Notes: generated from the sequence alone by a model not told the origin. Shown: positions 1 to 12,506, counted from the whole stretch's first letter. The stretch is DNA of 63,720 nucleotides, filler included, from Octopus bimaculoides (GCF_001194135.2; 6 parts of 5 records of this genome joined end to end with filler, not necessarily neighbours in it), one strand, 5' to 3'. Translations and numbers: made by a program.

Positions 1-35
<35 letters not shown>

Positions 36-431
36 AAAATTCAAAAAGCCGCCCCAGCATGGCTGCAGTCTAATGACTGAAGCAAGTAAAAGATAAAGTA
101 AATGATGGGTTTCCGTTGATTTCGTCGATGAGTATTCAATTGTTTCATTAACTGAGTTACCTGTTTACTGAATTAGCGTTGACTGGCTGAGTACTCCACA
201 GTAACGTAATTCCCCGCTTGGGCTAGTAAGAAACCCTGAGCGATATGCTGGCTCTTTAAGTTGCAAATATAATCCATCCATTATGCTTCCTCACAGTTTT
301 CTTCGACTCAGTTCCACTCGCAGGACCTGGGTTGGCCCGAAGTAATGGTAAAAGACACTGACCCAAGATCCCATGCAGTGGGATCGAACCATGATAACTT
401 CTTCGGTCATCTTTTATCCTTTGTTTTATTC

Positions 432-800
432 ATTTCAGTCATGGGACTGTGACCATGCTGGGGCACTGCAGTGACGAGCATAGTCGAAAAAAGTGACCCT
501 GATAATTATTTTAAGTATCGTAATTATTCTATCGGTCCTTTGCCAAACTCCTGAATTACGGGGATATAAACAAACCAACATTGAGTATCAAGCGATGCTG
601 GGAGACAAACACAAATACAAAGACAAGCACCTATACATGCACATATATGCAAAGGGATTCCACGCAATTTCCCCCTACTAAATTCATTTATTAGACATTG
701 GTCGGTCCGGAGCTATAGCAGAAGTCACATGCCCAAGGTGCTGTGTAGTAAGACTAAACTCGAAATCCCGTTGTTGCTAAGTGAGCTTCTTAACCTGATG
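432..800 (-). mobile_element. SINE family B (CORE-like, internal microsatellite), degenerate copy
   Basis: Diverged match to the copies at 11836 and 15293 (ttcagtcat..ccatgctgg..tattctatcggt..caagcgatg..gcccaaggtg). Confidence 0.65.
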
Positions 801-1589
801 GCCATGCTGTAGTCGTTGATTATAATATTTGGAAAATGAAGGCAAGAAGGTCACGGTTTGAATGCTGGGCGAATGCTAAAAGTTCGACACACAGAGAAAC
901 AAGAGTTTCAACGCCAAATTTGGACGACATCCGAAAGTGACATCTATGAGAATTAACAGATTTGTGGATCACGCTTAACCGTGCGGTGGACTACCTGCAT
1001 ACCAGATGTTTGTTTAATCAGAGCTCACCTGAGGCAACACAATTTCATAAACAACAAAAAAAATGCACTTTAGTGTTTTATCTTGAAACCATTTGAGCAT
1101 CATTCATCGAGTTCACTAAATGCTGTTATATAATAAATATAGTCATAGCGGAAAACGCATGGTGGCAATTTTTAGAAAATTACGATGCCATACATTTAGT
1201 TAATGTGGATTATATTGCACGGCGTGCGCTTAGTGTTGATATATCATAAAATTGAGTAGAAAGAGGAGGTTTTTTTTAAGATTAAATAAATTGATAACAG
1301 TAAACTATGTAAAATATGCAGATATTTGCTCGGAAATCTAACCTAAATACAGGATTGCATTAAATTGTACACGGTATCACATATGCAAAAGACTCACACG
1401 TACACACATGTACACAGTCATTCACATATATTCATGCATGAGAATAAGTAAAATACTTTGGATATAAAAAGATAATGAATTAACTATTTATCAGATTAAT
1501 TTCACTCTCTTATAAATTTATATCCATGCAGTAACTACCAGATATACCGTATGTGTGCTCATATATACATTGCCTACATACACGCTAGC

Positions 1590-1667
<78 letters not shown>

Positions 1668-1689
1668 ACACATGAGAATAGTATAACTC

Positions 1690-2040
1690 ACTTCGTACAC
1701 CAAAAGAGACATTCGATGAGATGAAAGAAAATTATGGTGACGATGCACTCTCAGAAGGCAAGGTGGTGCTCACAGTCTTTTGGGACCAGCGCGGGGTAGT
1801 GATGATGGGTTTTCTGGCAAGGGGCACCAGAGTTAACGGGCCATATTATGCTTCTCTACTGCAGAAATTGTGGGACGCCATCAAAGCACATAGGCGTGGC
1901 ATACTGACCAAAGGAGTTAGTCTCCTCTAAGACAACGTCCCAGTTCACAATGCGCGTGTTTCCTAGGGGAAAGCACACTCCTGAGGTTATGTAATTCTTC
2001 TTCATCCACCTTACTCTTCCGACCTGGCTTCCCATTTCCC
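1690..2040 (+). mobile_element. Internally deleted, degenerate mariner (DD34D-type) transposase fragment
   Basis: Translates TPKETFDEMKENYGDDALS (N-terminal HTH-like) joined to GKVVLTVFWDQRGVV...RRGILTKGVSLL*DNVPVH...HPPYSSDLAS (catalytic motifs VFWD, DNA-x-x-H, HPPYSPDLAP); in-frame stops. Confidence 0.85.
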
Positions 2041-2347
2041 CGACTCTAAAATTTAGTAAGAGAGCCTGCTTCTACAGAAATCCTTGTATCCATAGGCTGC
2101 CTCATAGAAAATTGTCAGCAATTTATCTGTCCACACACGTTTCTCTCCTAATATGTAAATGGTAATATATACAGTATTTGGTGGCGTATAAAACGGTTTG
2201 TTATTACATCAAAATGTATAAAAACAATTACCCCGAATCAAATGGAGCGGATAGGAGACCGAGTGGTGTAGGAAAGAGAGCCGGATACTAGTTTTTATTA
2301 TGATTTCAAATTGTTTGCTATGATGTTTTCATATATATGTGCTTATA

Positions 2348-2438
<91 letters not shown>

Positions 2439-2518
2439 ATTTTGTATATATATACCTATGGATCTATACATTTATCTATCTACCTACTTATAGATCTATC
2501 TGTCTATTTGTGTACGTA

Positions 2519-2557
<39 letters not shown>

Positions 2558-3705
2558 GTGTGTGTGTGTGTGTGTAATACCTCTTTAGAGATTAATGGCA
2601 GCTTGTGTTAATCACCGCATTTTTCACTTATTCTCAACAATAAGAGAAACAGCCAAACAGCTAAATATTCACAGGTTTCTGTACACTGTTGTGAATATTC
2701 ATGTTTCGTCTGCGTTTTCACACATTTAGTTTTGCATGTATGCGTCTACACCAGTTCGTGTGTGTATGCAACCACAGAGCTTATCATTCACTTTGATTTT
2801 AACATCTCGATTCATATGTTGCTTTGATAGTTTAGCATTCTTGTCAAAAGGTTGCGATATTTTAAGGTGTGCATCAAGTAGCAATGCTTGTCAAAGAAAA
2901 AGAATGAAATAAGGTAAAAGAAATCGCGACTTCTTTGCATGGCTGATAGTTTATGGAATATACAAATTCATCTCTTTTAAAGGTCGCCTCCATCATCAAA
3001 GTGAAAACCGCTATTGAGCTGTAATAGTTTCAAAGTAGACGAGGAAAACTAAATGTAAAGGAAAGTGAATGATGGACAGATATACGGACACACGGGAAGA
3101 AAAGATAAGAAACAAACGTGTTGACGCTTGGTTTTACAAGTAACACCCACGAGTCTTTTACTATCAATAAAGTTTTCCATTAATTTAAAAGAAAACCTAT
3201 TTTTTTCTCTCTCTTTCCTATTTCATAACCATGGAACAAGTATTCAATGCTTTCTACAAGTAATTATTTGAAACGTTCAAGTAGCATAACAAATAATACA
3301 GCGTCGTAATCATTATTAACACCAGCAACACGGTGACAAAAACATCATGAACCTTGATAAAAATCGTGACGTCTTTTGATAACTTTTTTTATGTAGGGGT
3401 GGAGATATTTTCGATTGAATTGTTCTATCTGTTCTGTTGACATTTATTTAATCCATGCCAAAACGATGAAAGCCAAACGAGATGAAAATTCCTATATAGT
3501 TCTCTACTTGTCTAAGGTTTAGCAAAAATGCTTAGATTTGCTTCTCTGATGAGTTATAACATGGCAGAAACATGCCCAGAGTTATCATCGTACTACAAAA
3601 GATCAGACCCAGTTCGTTACTGCATGTGATTTTGCTTTCTCACAACTGATTTTCTTCTATTTTTAATGTTTTTTTTTTACTTGTTTCATTAAATGGTTTT
3701 AGTTG

Positions 3706-4068
3706 CAGAAATCGACGCCAGGATTTATTTGTTGTAAGCCTAGTATTTTATTCTGTCGGGTTCTTTTGATTAACCGCTGAGTTACGGGGACATAAACACT
3801 TGCATCGGTTGTAAAGAGATGGCGCGGGGACGAACAGAGACATGCATACACATAAATATATACACACGCACACACACAGACACACATATATATAGAGAGA
3901 GAGATAGATATACGATGGGCTTCCTTCAGTTTCCGTCTACCAAATCCACTAACAAGGCTTTGGTCGGCCCGAGGCCATAATACAAAACACTTGCCTAAGA
4001 TGCCACGCAGCGAGAATGAAACCGGAACCATGTGGTTGGAGAGCAAGCCTCTTACCAGACAGCCACGC
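3706..4068 (-). mobile_element. SINE family B
   Basis: High similarity to other family B copies; tRNA-like head at the right end and an internal CA/TA/GA microsatellite. Confidence 0.85.
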
Positions 4069-4288
4069 CTAATTGAAATTAATTAAAATTTCTAAGCCCA
4101 CTACATAACTAGCTTAGTACTCACTTTGTATACATAGCACAAATCACATATTCTGATATTCTTCACCTTTAAGTATCTTAAGACGCCATATCTGTTATCG
4201 GGAAAAATAATGGTTTAATGTGAAATTGATCGAGAAAAGTAAAGAAGATTTTGCGAAGTCTATACTTTAATATATTAGCGTCATTAGT

Positions 4289-4618
4289 GAAGGCGCGTGG
4301 CTCAGTGGTTAGAGTATTTGGTTCATGATCGTAAGGTTATGAGTTCGATTCCTGGCGGTGCCTGTGTCCTTGAGCAAGACACTTTATTTCACGTTGCTCC
4401 AGTCCACTCAGCGGGCAAAAAAAAGAGTAGTACCTATAGTTCAAATGGCCAACCCTGTCACATTCTGTTTCATGCTGAATCTCTCTGAGAATTAATTACG
4501 TTAAGAATATACGTGTCTGTGGAGTCCTCAGCCACTTGCATATTAATTTCACAAGTAGGCTGTTCCGTTGGCCGGATCACCTGGAACACTCGTCGTCATA
4601 ACTGTCAGAGTGCCAGTT
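4289..4618 (+). mobile_element. tRNA-derived SINE with V-domain-like centre and family C 3' tail
   Basis: A box TGGCTCAGTGG 4298-4308 and B box GAGTTCGATTCC 4341-4352. Centre gtgtccttgagcaagacact..ttgctccagtccactcagc is V-SINE-like. 3' tail shared with 38764. TSD attagcg(t/c)cattagt at 4274-4288 and 4619-4633. Confidence 0.85.
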
Positions 4619-5112
4619 ATTAGCGCCATTAGTAAAATGATCCGAAATAAAGCCTATGGAATCCGTAGTCTGATAGGAATAAACAGAAAAAGAGCTAATG
4701 AGAAAGTATTGGGATGGCTTTGACTGAAATATAGTTACGTGCGAGAGCAGTAGAATGCCGCTTAGACACGGACATAAATTTGATTCACTTAGATAGGGTT
4801 GCCTGGATTAGAGTCCGTGCTGTAAAACCCAAAACAACCAGTAATACCTGACCAACATACTGACGATGAATCCAAGTATTGCATTTATAGATGTATGCAG
4901 AACTAAGATAGAATTTGCTGAATTTTATAAACAAGAACGACTATTCTTACTTAAACAAAACCAGATGGAAACACAAGTGTTGCAAAAACTCCTACATCAA
5001 TAAACTGAATGTGTCATCAACACACAGCATCTTAAAGGAGGTGTTCTCCGAAGACAGAATGCAATATGTTCACGTCCAAATCTGCCGGAACGTATCAAGA
5101 ATGAATACGCAC

Positions 5113-5156
<44 letters not shown>

Positions 5157-5236
5157 GGGAGTGAGAGATAGACACATACATGCATACTTATATACATTGA
5201 CTTAGAAAGGCAGACAGAGAGGAAAAGAGGTGAAGG

Positions 5237-5273
<37 letters not shown>

Positions 5274-5563
5274 GCGAGAGGGATAAAGAGAGACAGACAG
5301 AAAGAAAGTTGCATGCATATATATGTATGTTCGTGTTTAATGTTCGTGCGTGCATAGAGTTTCGTTTTCTCAAAACAGTTTTGCTATATGATTAACAAGC
5401 ATGTCTGAGTGATTATATTATTTAAGAAAATATTCCATTTCATGAGAATTTAAGTGAATATTCCATACTAAATTTCTGTTACATAACTCACGAATGGGAA
5501 TTAATTTTTGATCTCAATTCTTAATTCAAGAACTGAATTTTGTAATACATACATGCATATATC

Positions 5564-5621
<58 letters not shown>

Positions 5622-5626
5622 TAGAC

Positions 5627-5674
<48 letters not shown>

Positions 5675-6141
5675 GTAAGCAAGTAAATACTGATGCTGGT
5701 ATATGTGTGTATATGTGTTTGAGAGACAGGTTTCAAATGAAGTGACAATGTAATAATTATCTACCTTCCTCCGGATGCTAATGCGTCTGATTTGTAATGT
5801 TTATATAAATATACATTTAAAATGCTCATATTATGATTAAACAAATAATGATTATATTAAAACGAAACATATACGACTTAATTCTCAATGAATGCGGCGC
5901 CATTCATTTCTTATCGATGTATTCGGAGTGAATATACATTAGCGGCAACACTTGAAAAGGAAATCAGTATGATAGAAACAGAAAAATAGAAAACAAATAT
6001 GAGATCAGTGTTTATATTTTGTTGATTTAAGGAAATTAATAGAAAACAATTCAATTCGAAATGAGTTGACTGAAAAATACATTATAATAAACGTGATCGA
6101 TTGTATAATTAAATGTATCGTCTGCTATGATGAGAGACAGT

Positions 6142-6525
6142 AAGGCGGTGGGCCGACAGGATCGTTGGTGCATTGGATGAGATGCTTAGAGACATTTCTT
6201 TTTGCTCTTTATGTCCTGAGTTCAAATGCCGTCGAAGTTAACTTTGTGCTATCTATTCAGTATCGATAAAATAATCCTTTCTACTATAGATATAAGGCTT
6301 GAAATTTCGTGGGAGAGTCTAGTCGATTACATCGACTCCAGAACGTAACTGGTACTTATTTCATCGATCCCGAAAGGCTGGAAGGCAAAGTCGATCTCAG
6401 TGGAATTTGAACTCAGAATGTATGGACGAACAAAATGCCGCAAACCATTTTGCCAGGCGTGCTAACGATTCTACCAGCTCGCCGCCTCAGCATCGATAAA
6501 ATAATACCAGCTGCGCATCGACTAA
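6142..6525 (+). mobile_element. Old SINE family A copy interrupted by a younger antisense copy
   Basis: Degenerate head aaggcggtggg..ctgagttcaaatgcc..; body continues after 6505 (ataccagctgcgca). Confidence 0.6.
6276..6486 (-). mobile_element. SINE family A (tRNA head plus Meta-domain-like core) nested in another copy
   Basis: Matches the 11528 and 26312 copies; flanked by the 19-bp direct repeat tcag(t/c)atcgataaaataat at 6257-6275 and 6487-6505. Confidence 0.88.
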
Positions 6526-6544
6526 ACCCTCCATTCAAAGTTTC

Positions 6545-7140
6545 AGACATAGTATGAAGAGCGACAAAAGCGCACCGCACGCAGTCGTGCAGTGTTTGAG
6601 TATTGCTGGCTTTTGGAGTTATGTCGAACAGTTTTTATCGCGGGTGGGACAAATCCGACTGTCAGTTGAATCCATCGCGAGGATCACCTTACCACCATCC
6701 ATCTTTAACAAGGCAGGACAGGCGGTATTCCTCTATCGAGTGGGTATGGAGAAAGAGGTTGTGTGATGGACAGGGTTGAACAAATTTAGGAAAGACAACT
6801 TTCTCTTTGGTCAAGCCCTCACGAACTTTTTCCATCTCAGTGAAGTTTTGGAAAAATGAGTGATTAACAAAAATGGTCTGGATTAATGGCCCTGCTCTAA
6901 GCACGCACCTCTTAGCATGCCATGGTAATCCGAGAAATGCAACTGAAAGAACGAGTTCGTTTGTGGAAGTGACGGTACTATTAAATTTGAGGAGTTTCTT
7001 GATTGGTGCTAAGTGGCAGGCATTTTATTAGAATTTTTTTATATATGTGTACGCTGTATATATTATTGCCTTGTTCTCATCGCTTTATTCTATTTCTGTG
7101 CAAACCTAAAACAGTATTTTTGTAACATATTTTCTTAATA
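6545..7140 (+). mobile_element. L1/Tx1-clade LINE 3' fragment (C-terminal zinc-knuckle region plus probable 3' UTR)
   Basis: Translates ..HAVVQCLSIAGFWSYVEQFLSRVGQIRLSVESIARI..AVFLYRVGMEKEVV*WTGL..FLFGQALTNFF, the typical Tx1 ORF2 end; stops and frameshifts. Confidence 0.75.
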
Positions 7141-7144
7141 ACTT

Positions 7145-7855
7145 CTCTGCATCACGTTTGAGGGAGCACTACAAGCACAGAAGTGCAGCCACTCATGAGT
7201 GGCTGAGATGCTTGCAGAGCGACGGAAGCGTACTGCATGAACTCTTGTGTAGTGTTCGATTTCCACTGACTTGTTGATTTATGTCGAACGACTGTGGCCG
7301 CGTGTAGGACCGATCCGGATACAGGCCGAGTTCGTCGTGGGCATCTCCCCACCAACCGCTTTTAGCAAGGCTGGTTAGGCAATGTTCCTCTGTCTAGTGG
7401 TTTTGGGGAAAAGTCTGAGTAGTGGACGAGGCTGAAAGAGTTGAGGAAAGACACGATCCTCTTCGGTCAAGCCTTCATGGACTTTTTAACTTCCACTTGG
7501 AAAGGAAAGAGAGGCTGGAGAGAGAAATGCTTAAACCTAGGGAATTCTTCAAAAGCTGAGTGACTGAAGTAAAAATGGTTAGTGTGAAGGCAAATATTCT
7601 AAGCATGAACCTGTAAATTAATGAATAACAATTAGGCGAGGACATAGGTACTTGTGGGTCAGGGTGATCTAAAATCGGAGAGGTACCAGAAGAACCGCAT
7701 CATCCACGTGTTCACATTGTTTGTACACAAAGTGTATTTTTTACCCACATCCTCAATTTCATCTCCCTTTCATTCCTTCATATGTTTTTGGTAAACACCC
7801 ACACAAATTCTAAGCTGTTCTTGTAATGCTGGACGACAGTGCTAAGCAATGATGT
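7145..7855 (+). mobile_element. Second Tx1-clade LINE 3' fragment
   Basis: Across frames: RCLQSDGSVLH..YVERLWPRVGPIRIQAE..WTRLKELRKDTILFGQAFMDFFNFHLERKERLERE..ILSMNL*; homologous to the 6545 fragment. Confidence 0.75.
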
Positions 7856-7862
7856 GTATAAG

Positions 7863-8253
7863 TACAAATTGTTACCAGTTCAGAAATGCCTAAGGCACAT
7901 TTGAACCCGTAGGAAAGTCATTCACTATATTTTGCAATGGAGAAAATTTCTCGTTGTTGGTAAACGGGTGTAGATACACCGAATTAGCTTACATTGAATA
8001 ATGGCGAGAATACAAGAGGAACCTGTCTCTCTCATCAGTTCGCAGCGTGGGTCTTTCCGGTATCTGTGACTGAAGACGAGATAGCCACTCCGGAATGCAT
8101 GCATCCCATACTTTGGTTAGGGGCCGCTGTGAGCTGACACGGTGTATTTTGCTTACAGCGCGAAATTTTCTTCATGACAAAATACAGTGAAAAGTTTTCT
8201 TACGAGTTCGAATATGCCTAACGCACATTTGAACACTGGTAACAAAGTTTGTA
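7863..8253. mobile_element. MITE/foldback element with long imperfect TIRs (about 100-130 bp)
   Basis: Left tacaaattgttaccagt..tcactatattttgcaatggagaaaatttc versus reverse complement of right end tacaaactttgttaccagt..tcactgtattttgtcatgaagaaaatttc; both ends begin with TA. Confidence 0.7.
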
Positions 8254-8868
8254 TGTTCTTTTAATGTCTCACATTTTATTTGCCCCCGTGACAAATAAAA
8301 TAAATCATCATCATCATCATCATCATCGTCATCATCATTATCGTCATCACTACCACCACCACTGCATCATCATCATTCGCATTGTCAGACGATTGAATGT
8401 CTGTAAAATATACACTAATTCCTTCCAGGTTCATATTTAAGTGTACTTAGGACTAACGTTGCAAGAGAATTTTACTTCATTTGTTTTTGGTCTTTTATTT
8501 TACAACACAATATGAAACATCGTTGCAAGTACAAGGTGTCAACCGTCACAGCCAGCTACATTTGTACAAGTTTACTTCTGTAATGAATATTTCCGGTGCA
8601 GATGAATTTTTACCGCATGTTGCTCGAAAATTATGGAATTTAATACCATTCTTTTAGTCACACTGAAGAGACCACATCGAAACCTATTATACTAAACGAA
8701 CCATTCACACACACACACACACACACATCCGTACACACACACCTGCACACACGCACACACACGCGCACATACATACACACATACGCAAATGCACACACAT
8801 TCCTATATATATGTGTGTGCGTGTGTATGTGTGTGTATGCATGTTATATATATGAATGTATATATATA

Positions 8869-8909
<41 letters not shown>

Positions 8910-9009
8910 NNNNNNNNNNNNNNNNNNNNNNNNNNNNNNNNNNNNNNNNNNNNTTAATTAATTAANNNNNNNNNNNNNNNNNNNNNNNNNNNNNNNNNNN
9001 NNNNNNNNN
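8910..9009. other. Artificial 100-bp scaffold gap with TTAATTAATTAA linker (also at 27105, 46871, 56401, 61175)
   Basis: 44 N, a 12-nt palindrome with a stop codon in all six frames, then 44 N; the same linker occurs in five gaps. Confidence 0.95.
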
Positions 9010-9168
9010 TTTTCTAGAATCTCCAACGCATCAAAAACGTCCTCTCAATTTTTTCCCACTACTAAGAAAAGTACACTTAGGGTAGGCCCATATAGAATCT
9101 TCTTCCATTCTCTTTTTTGAGCACGCATACATACTAAAAACAGCAACAGCAACAACACCAACAACAAA

Positions 9169-9218
<50 letters not shown>

Positions 9219-9253
9219 ATAATAATAATAATAATAATAATAACAATAATAAC

Positions 9254-9795
9254 GATGCAGTACCGGGCACTGGCTCTCATGGATTCTCATCTGTTATCAA
9301 TTACATAAAATATAGGATGCAGCAAGATGGGACAAAAGATGAAATGCAGCAAATACTCAGCTCAGTACCAGAGATTTGTTTGTCAGTTGCTTGACCATAA
9401 CTAGTTGAGCATGTTCCTTGGTTGCTGACGATATGTGGTCACGAGCAGAAGAAGTGGGGGAGCATCATGGCCATGTGTCGAGAAGAATTCTTTGGGGTTT
9501 GAATAATTCATCTCTGGAAACATAGGTGTTTTGTTGATCATCCTTAACCAAACCTTATTCAGGGATCTTTTGAACAGGATGGGCTACGTGACATGAAAAA
9601 AATTCTAACTGGGCTCCACCTGCGAGGTCATGCGCTGTTTATCTTGATATGTGATCACCATGACGTGCACTTATGCTTATGATGCATGTGCTTGCTTGGT
9701 GCATTCTTATCAGACGGGTAGTCATGATGGGTATGCTGGGCTTCATATATATGTACCCTAGTGTCACTTTGATGGCATGTGCTGCTCTCTCACTC
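9254..9795 (+). mobile_element. Non-coding interspersed-repeat-like element (about 540 bp) flanked on both sides by (AAT)n
   Basis: Bounded by (TAA)n at about 9218-9252 and (AAT)n from 9796; no ORF of note. Only one copy is in this window; I recall it as a common octopus repeat (unverified). Confidence 0.45.
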
Positions 9796-9859
<64 letters not shown>

Positions 9860-9861
<2 letters not shown>

Positions 9862-10994
9862 AAACAACAAAAGCTATAAAACAAATGAAATCCAAACTAA
9901 AACTAGAACAGCAACGGACCATGATAAAACGATGGCAAGAAAAGCCCCTACATGGTAAATACTGGGTTAAACTAAATGTGAAAGAAATATACAGAGAAAA
10001 ATCCCAGCAATGGCTGAGAAGCTCAGGACTCAAAGCAGAGACTGAAGGATTTTTAATTGCTGCACAAGACCAGAGCCTCCCCACCAGAAATTACCAAAAA
10101 CACATANNNNNNNNNNNNNNNNNNNNNNNNNNNNNNNNNNNNNNNNNNNNNNNNNNNNNNNNNNNNNNNNNNNNNNNNNNNNNNNNNNNNNNNNNNNNNN
10201 NNNNNNNNNNNNNNNNNNNNNNNNNNNNNNNNNNNNNNNNNNNNNNNNNNNNNNNNNNNNNNNNNNNNNNNNNNNNNNNNNNNNNNNNNNNNNNNNNNNN
10301 NNNNNNNNNNNNNNNNNNNNNNNNNNNNNNNNNNNNNNNNNNNNNNNNNNNNNNNNNNNNNNNNNNNNNNNNNNNNNNNNNNNNNNNNNNNNNNNNNNNN
10401 NNNNNNNNNNNNNNNNNNNNNNNNNNNNNNNNNNNNNNNNNNNNNNNNNNNNNNNNNNNNNNNNNNNNNNNNNNNNNNNNNNNNNNNNNNNNNNNNNNNN
10501 NNNNNNNNNNNNNNNNNNNNNNNNNNNNNNNNNNNNNNNNNNNNNNNNNNNNNNNNNNNNNNNNNNNNNNNNNNNNNNNNNNNNNNNNNNNNNNNNNNNN
10601 NNNNNNNNNNNNNNNNNNNNNNNNNNNNNNNNNNNNNNNNNNNNNNNNNNNNNNNNNNNNNNNNNNNNNNNNNNNNNNNNNNNNNNNNNNNNNNNNNNNN
10701 NNNNNNNNNNNNNNNNNNNNNNNNNNNNNNNNNNNNNNNNNNNNNNNNNNNNNNNNNNNNNNNNNNNNNNNNNNNNNNNNNNNNNNNNNNNNNNNNNNNN
10801 NNNNNNNNNNNNNNNNNNNNNNNNNNNNNNNNNNNNNNNNNNNNNNNNNNNNNNNNNNNNNNNNNNNNNNNNNNNNNNNNNNNNNNNNNNNNNNNNNNNN
10901 NNNNNNNNNNNNNNNNNNNNNNNNNNNNNNNNNNNNNNNNNNCACAGAGCTGCGCTCGGTAGGGAAGTGAAAGCTCGTTATAAAAATAAAACTA

Positions 10995-10997
<3 letters not shown>
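9860..10997 (+). mobile_element. 5'-truncated R4/Dong-clade non-LTR retrotransposon in an AAT array (interior is an N gap)
   Basis: RWQEKPLHGKY..KSQQWLRSSGLKAETEGFLIAAQDQSLPTRNY is the conserved pre-zinc-finger block of R4/Dong-type RLE elements. The probable 3' UTR (about 10943-10997) ends directly in (AAT)n; assigning both sides of the gap to one element is inference. Confidence 0.8.
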
Positions 10998-11067
<70 letters not shown>

Positions 11068-11527
11068 GTCTGAAGTTTTGGCACATGGAATTTTGAAGAG
11101 AGGTGTATGTTGGTATAGACGCATACATACATCCATACATATATACCTACATACATACACATACCTATATGTATGTACATGTATGTCGTATGTTACCCAT
11201 CGTATGACGGGTAACTTCGGAAGTATATGGGTAATAGCAGAAAATATGGCATACATTCAATAATTATAATTTAACTTTTTATCAAATTTCTTGGTACTTA
11301 ATATAAAATGATGAAATGACTACTAATTTTCAAAAGAAAACTATTACCTTAAAATGAAATCAAATAAAAACAAATTTCTCATTTGGATAACTCGTTCCAT
11401 AACTACTCATTTATTTCTTCGTAATAACATAAATACCAGCTGAAAATCGATTTACCTCCTTCCCCGAAATCGCTTTTGAAACAGTTTATTGCCTTCCCGT
11501 CTGCCTCTCCTGCTACACACACTGTGT

Positions 11528-11760
11528 TATTTCTTTACTACCCACAAGGGGCTACACACAGAGGGGACAGACAACGATAGACAAACACGGATTAAGTCGA
11601 TTATATCGACCCCAGTGCGTAACTGGTACTTATTTAATCGACCCCGAAAGGATGAAAGGCAAAGTCGACCTCGGCGGAATTTGAACTCAGAACGTAGCGG
11701 CAGACGAAATACGGCTAAACATTTCGCCCGGCGTGCTAACGTTTCTGCCAGCTCGCCGCC
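11528..11760 (-). mobile_element. SINE family A, near-intact
   Basis: Reverse complement begins ggcggcgagctggcagaaacgttagc..gagttcaaattcc (A/B boxes), then gcctttcatcctttcggggtcgat; TSD tacacacactgtgt at 11514-11527 and 11765-11778. Confidence 0.9.
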
Positions 11761-11835
11761 TGTATACACACACTGTGTGTGTATCTCTACACATAACATT
11801 TTTCTACTCATTGTCTAGTATTTTTTCTTGTACTT

Positions 11836-12119
11836 GCTTCAGTCATTTGACTGTGGCCATGCTTGAGCACCGCTTTTAGTCGAGCAAATCGACCCCAGGA
11901 TTTATTCTTTGTAAGGCTAGTACTTATTCTATCGCTTTTTTTTTACCGAACCGTTTTGTCACAGGGACGTAAACATACCAGCATCGGTTGTCAAGCGATG
12001 TTGGGGGATTAACACACACACACACACACATACGACGGGCTTCTTTCAGTTTCCGTCTACCAAACCCACTCACAAGACTTTGGTCGGCCCGAGGCTATAG
12101 TAGAAGACACTTGCCCAAG
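11836..12119 (-). mobile_element. SINE family B, head truncated
   Basis: Near-identical to 15293-15670 in reverse; internal (CA)n. Confidence 0.85.
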
Positions 12120-12159
12120 TGAACTGCAAGATAGTTATAATTCTCAGAATCTTAAACAA

Positions 12160-12458
12160 GTTGTTCACCCCTAGAGGCCATGGTTCTGCTAATTACAACG
12201 TACTGGTAAAAATCAAATGTCTTCTCAGTTTCTTTTAGAGAAACGTTGTCATCTGTTGGTATTGATACATCGATTAGAAAGCATTTTTATTCTTGGTGAT
12301 CTGACAACTATATCCTGCATTTTAGCCTTGATTTTTCTATCTGTGTGCATTGGCATATCCCTGAGTATGGTTGCTTTCTCATTTTCTGTGACCTTTTCTG
12401 GTGTGTGCCTATATAATTTTTCTTTTGTTATTCCATAGTGCTGGCATAGCTTCCAGTG
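12160..12458 (-). mobile_element. R4/Dong-type restriction-like endonuclease domain fragment
   Basis: HWKLCQHYGI..YRHTPEKVTENEKATILRDMPMHTDRKIKAKMQDIVVR, a degenerate form of the W-D-x-x-I-x-T-D..I-x-A-N-R-P-D-I-V RLE motif; abuts a (CAT)n array. Confidence 0.8.
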
Positions 12459-12474
12459 TATCATCATCATCATC

Positions 12475-12506
<32 letters not shown>

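Noticed and set aside
3543-3582. CTGATGA..GAAAC hammerhead-like motif
   Set aside because: Stem II does not close onto GAAA and there is no NUH triplet before stem I; likely chance.
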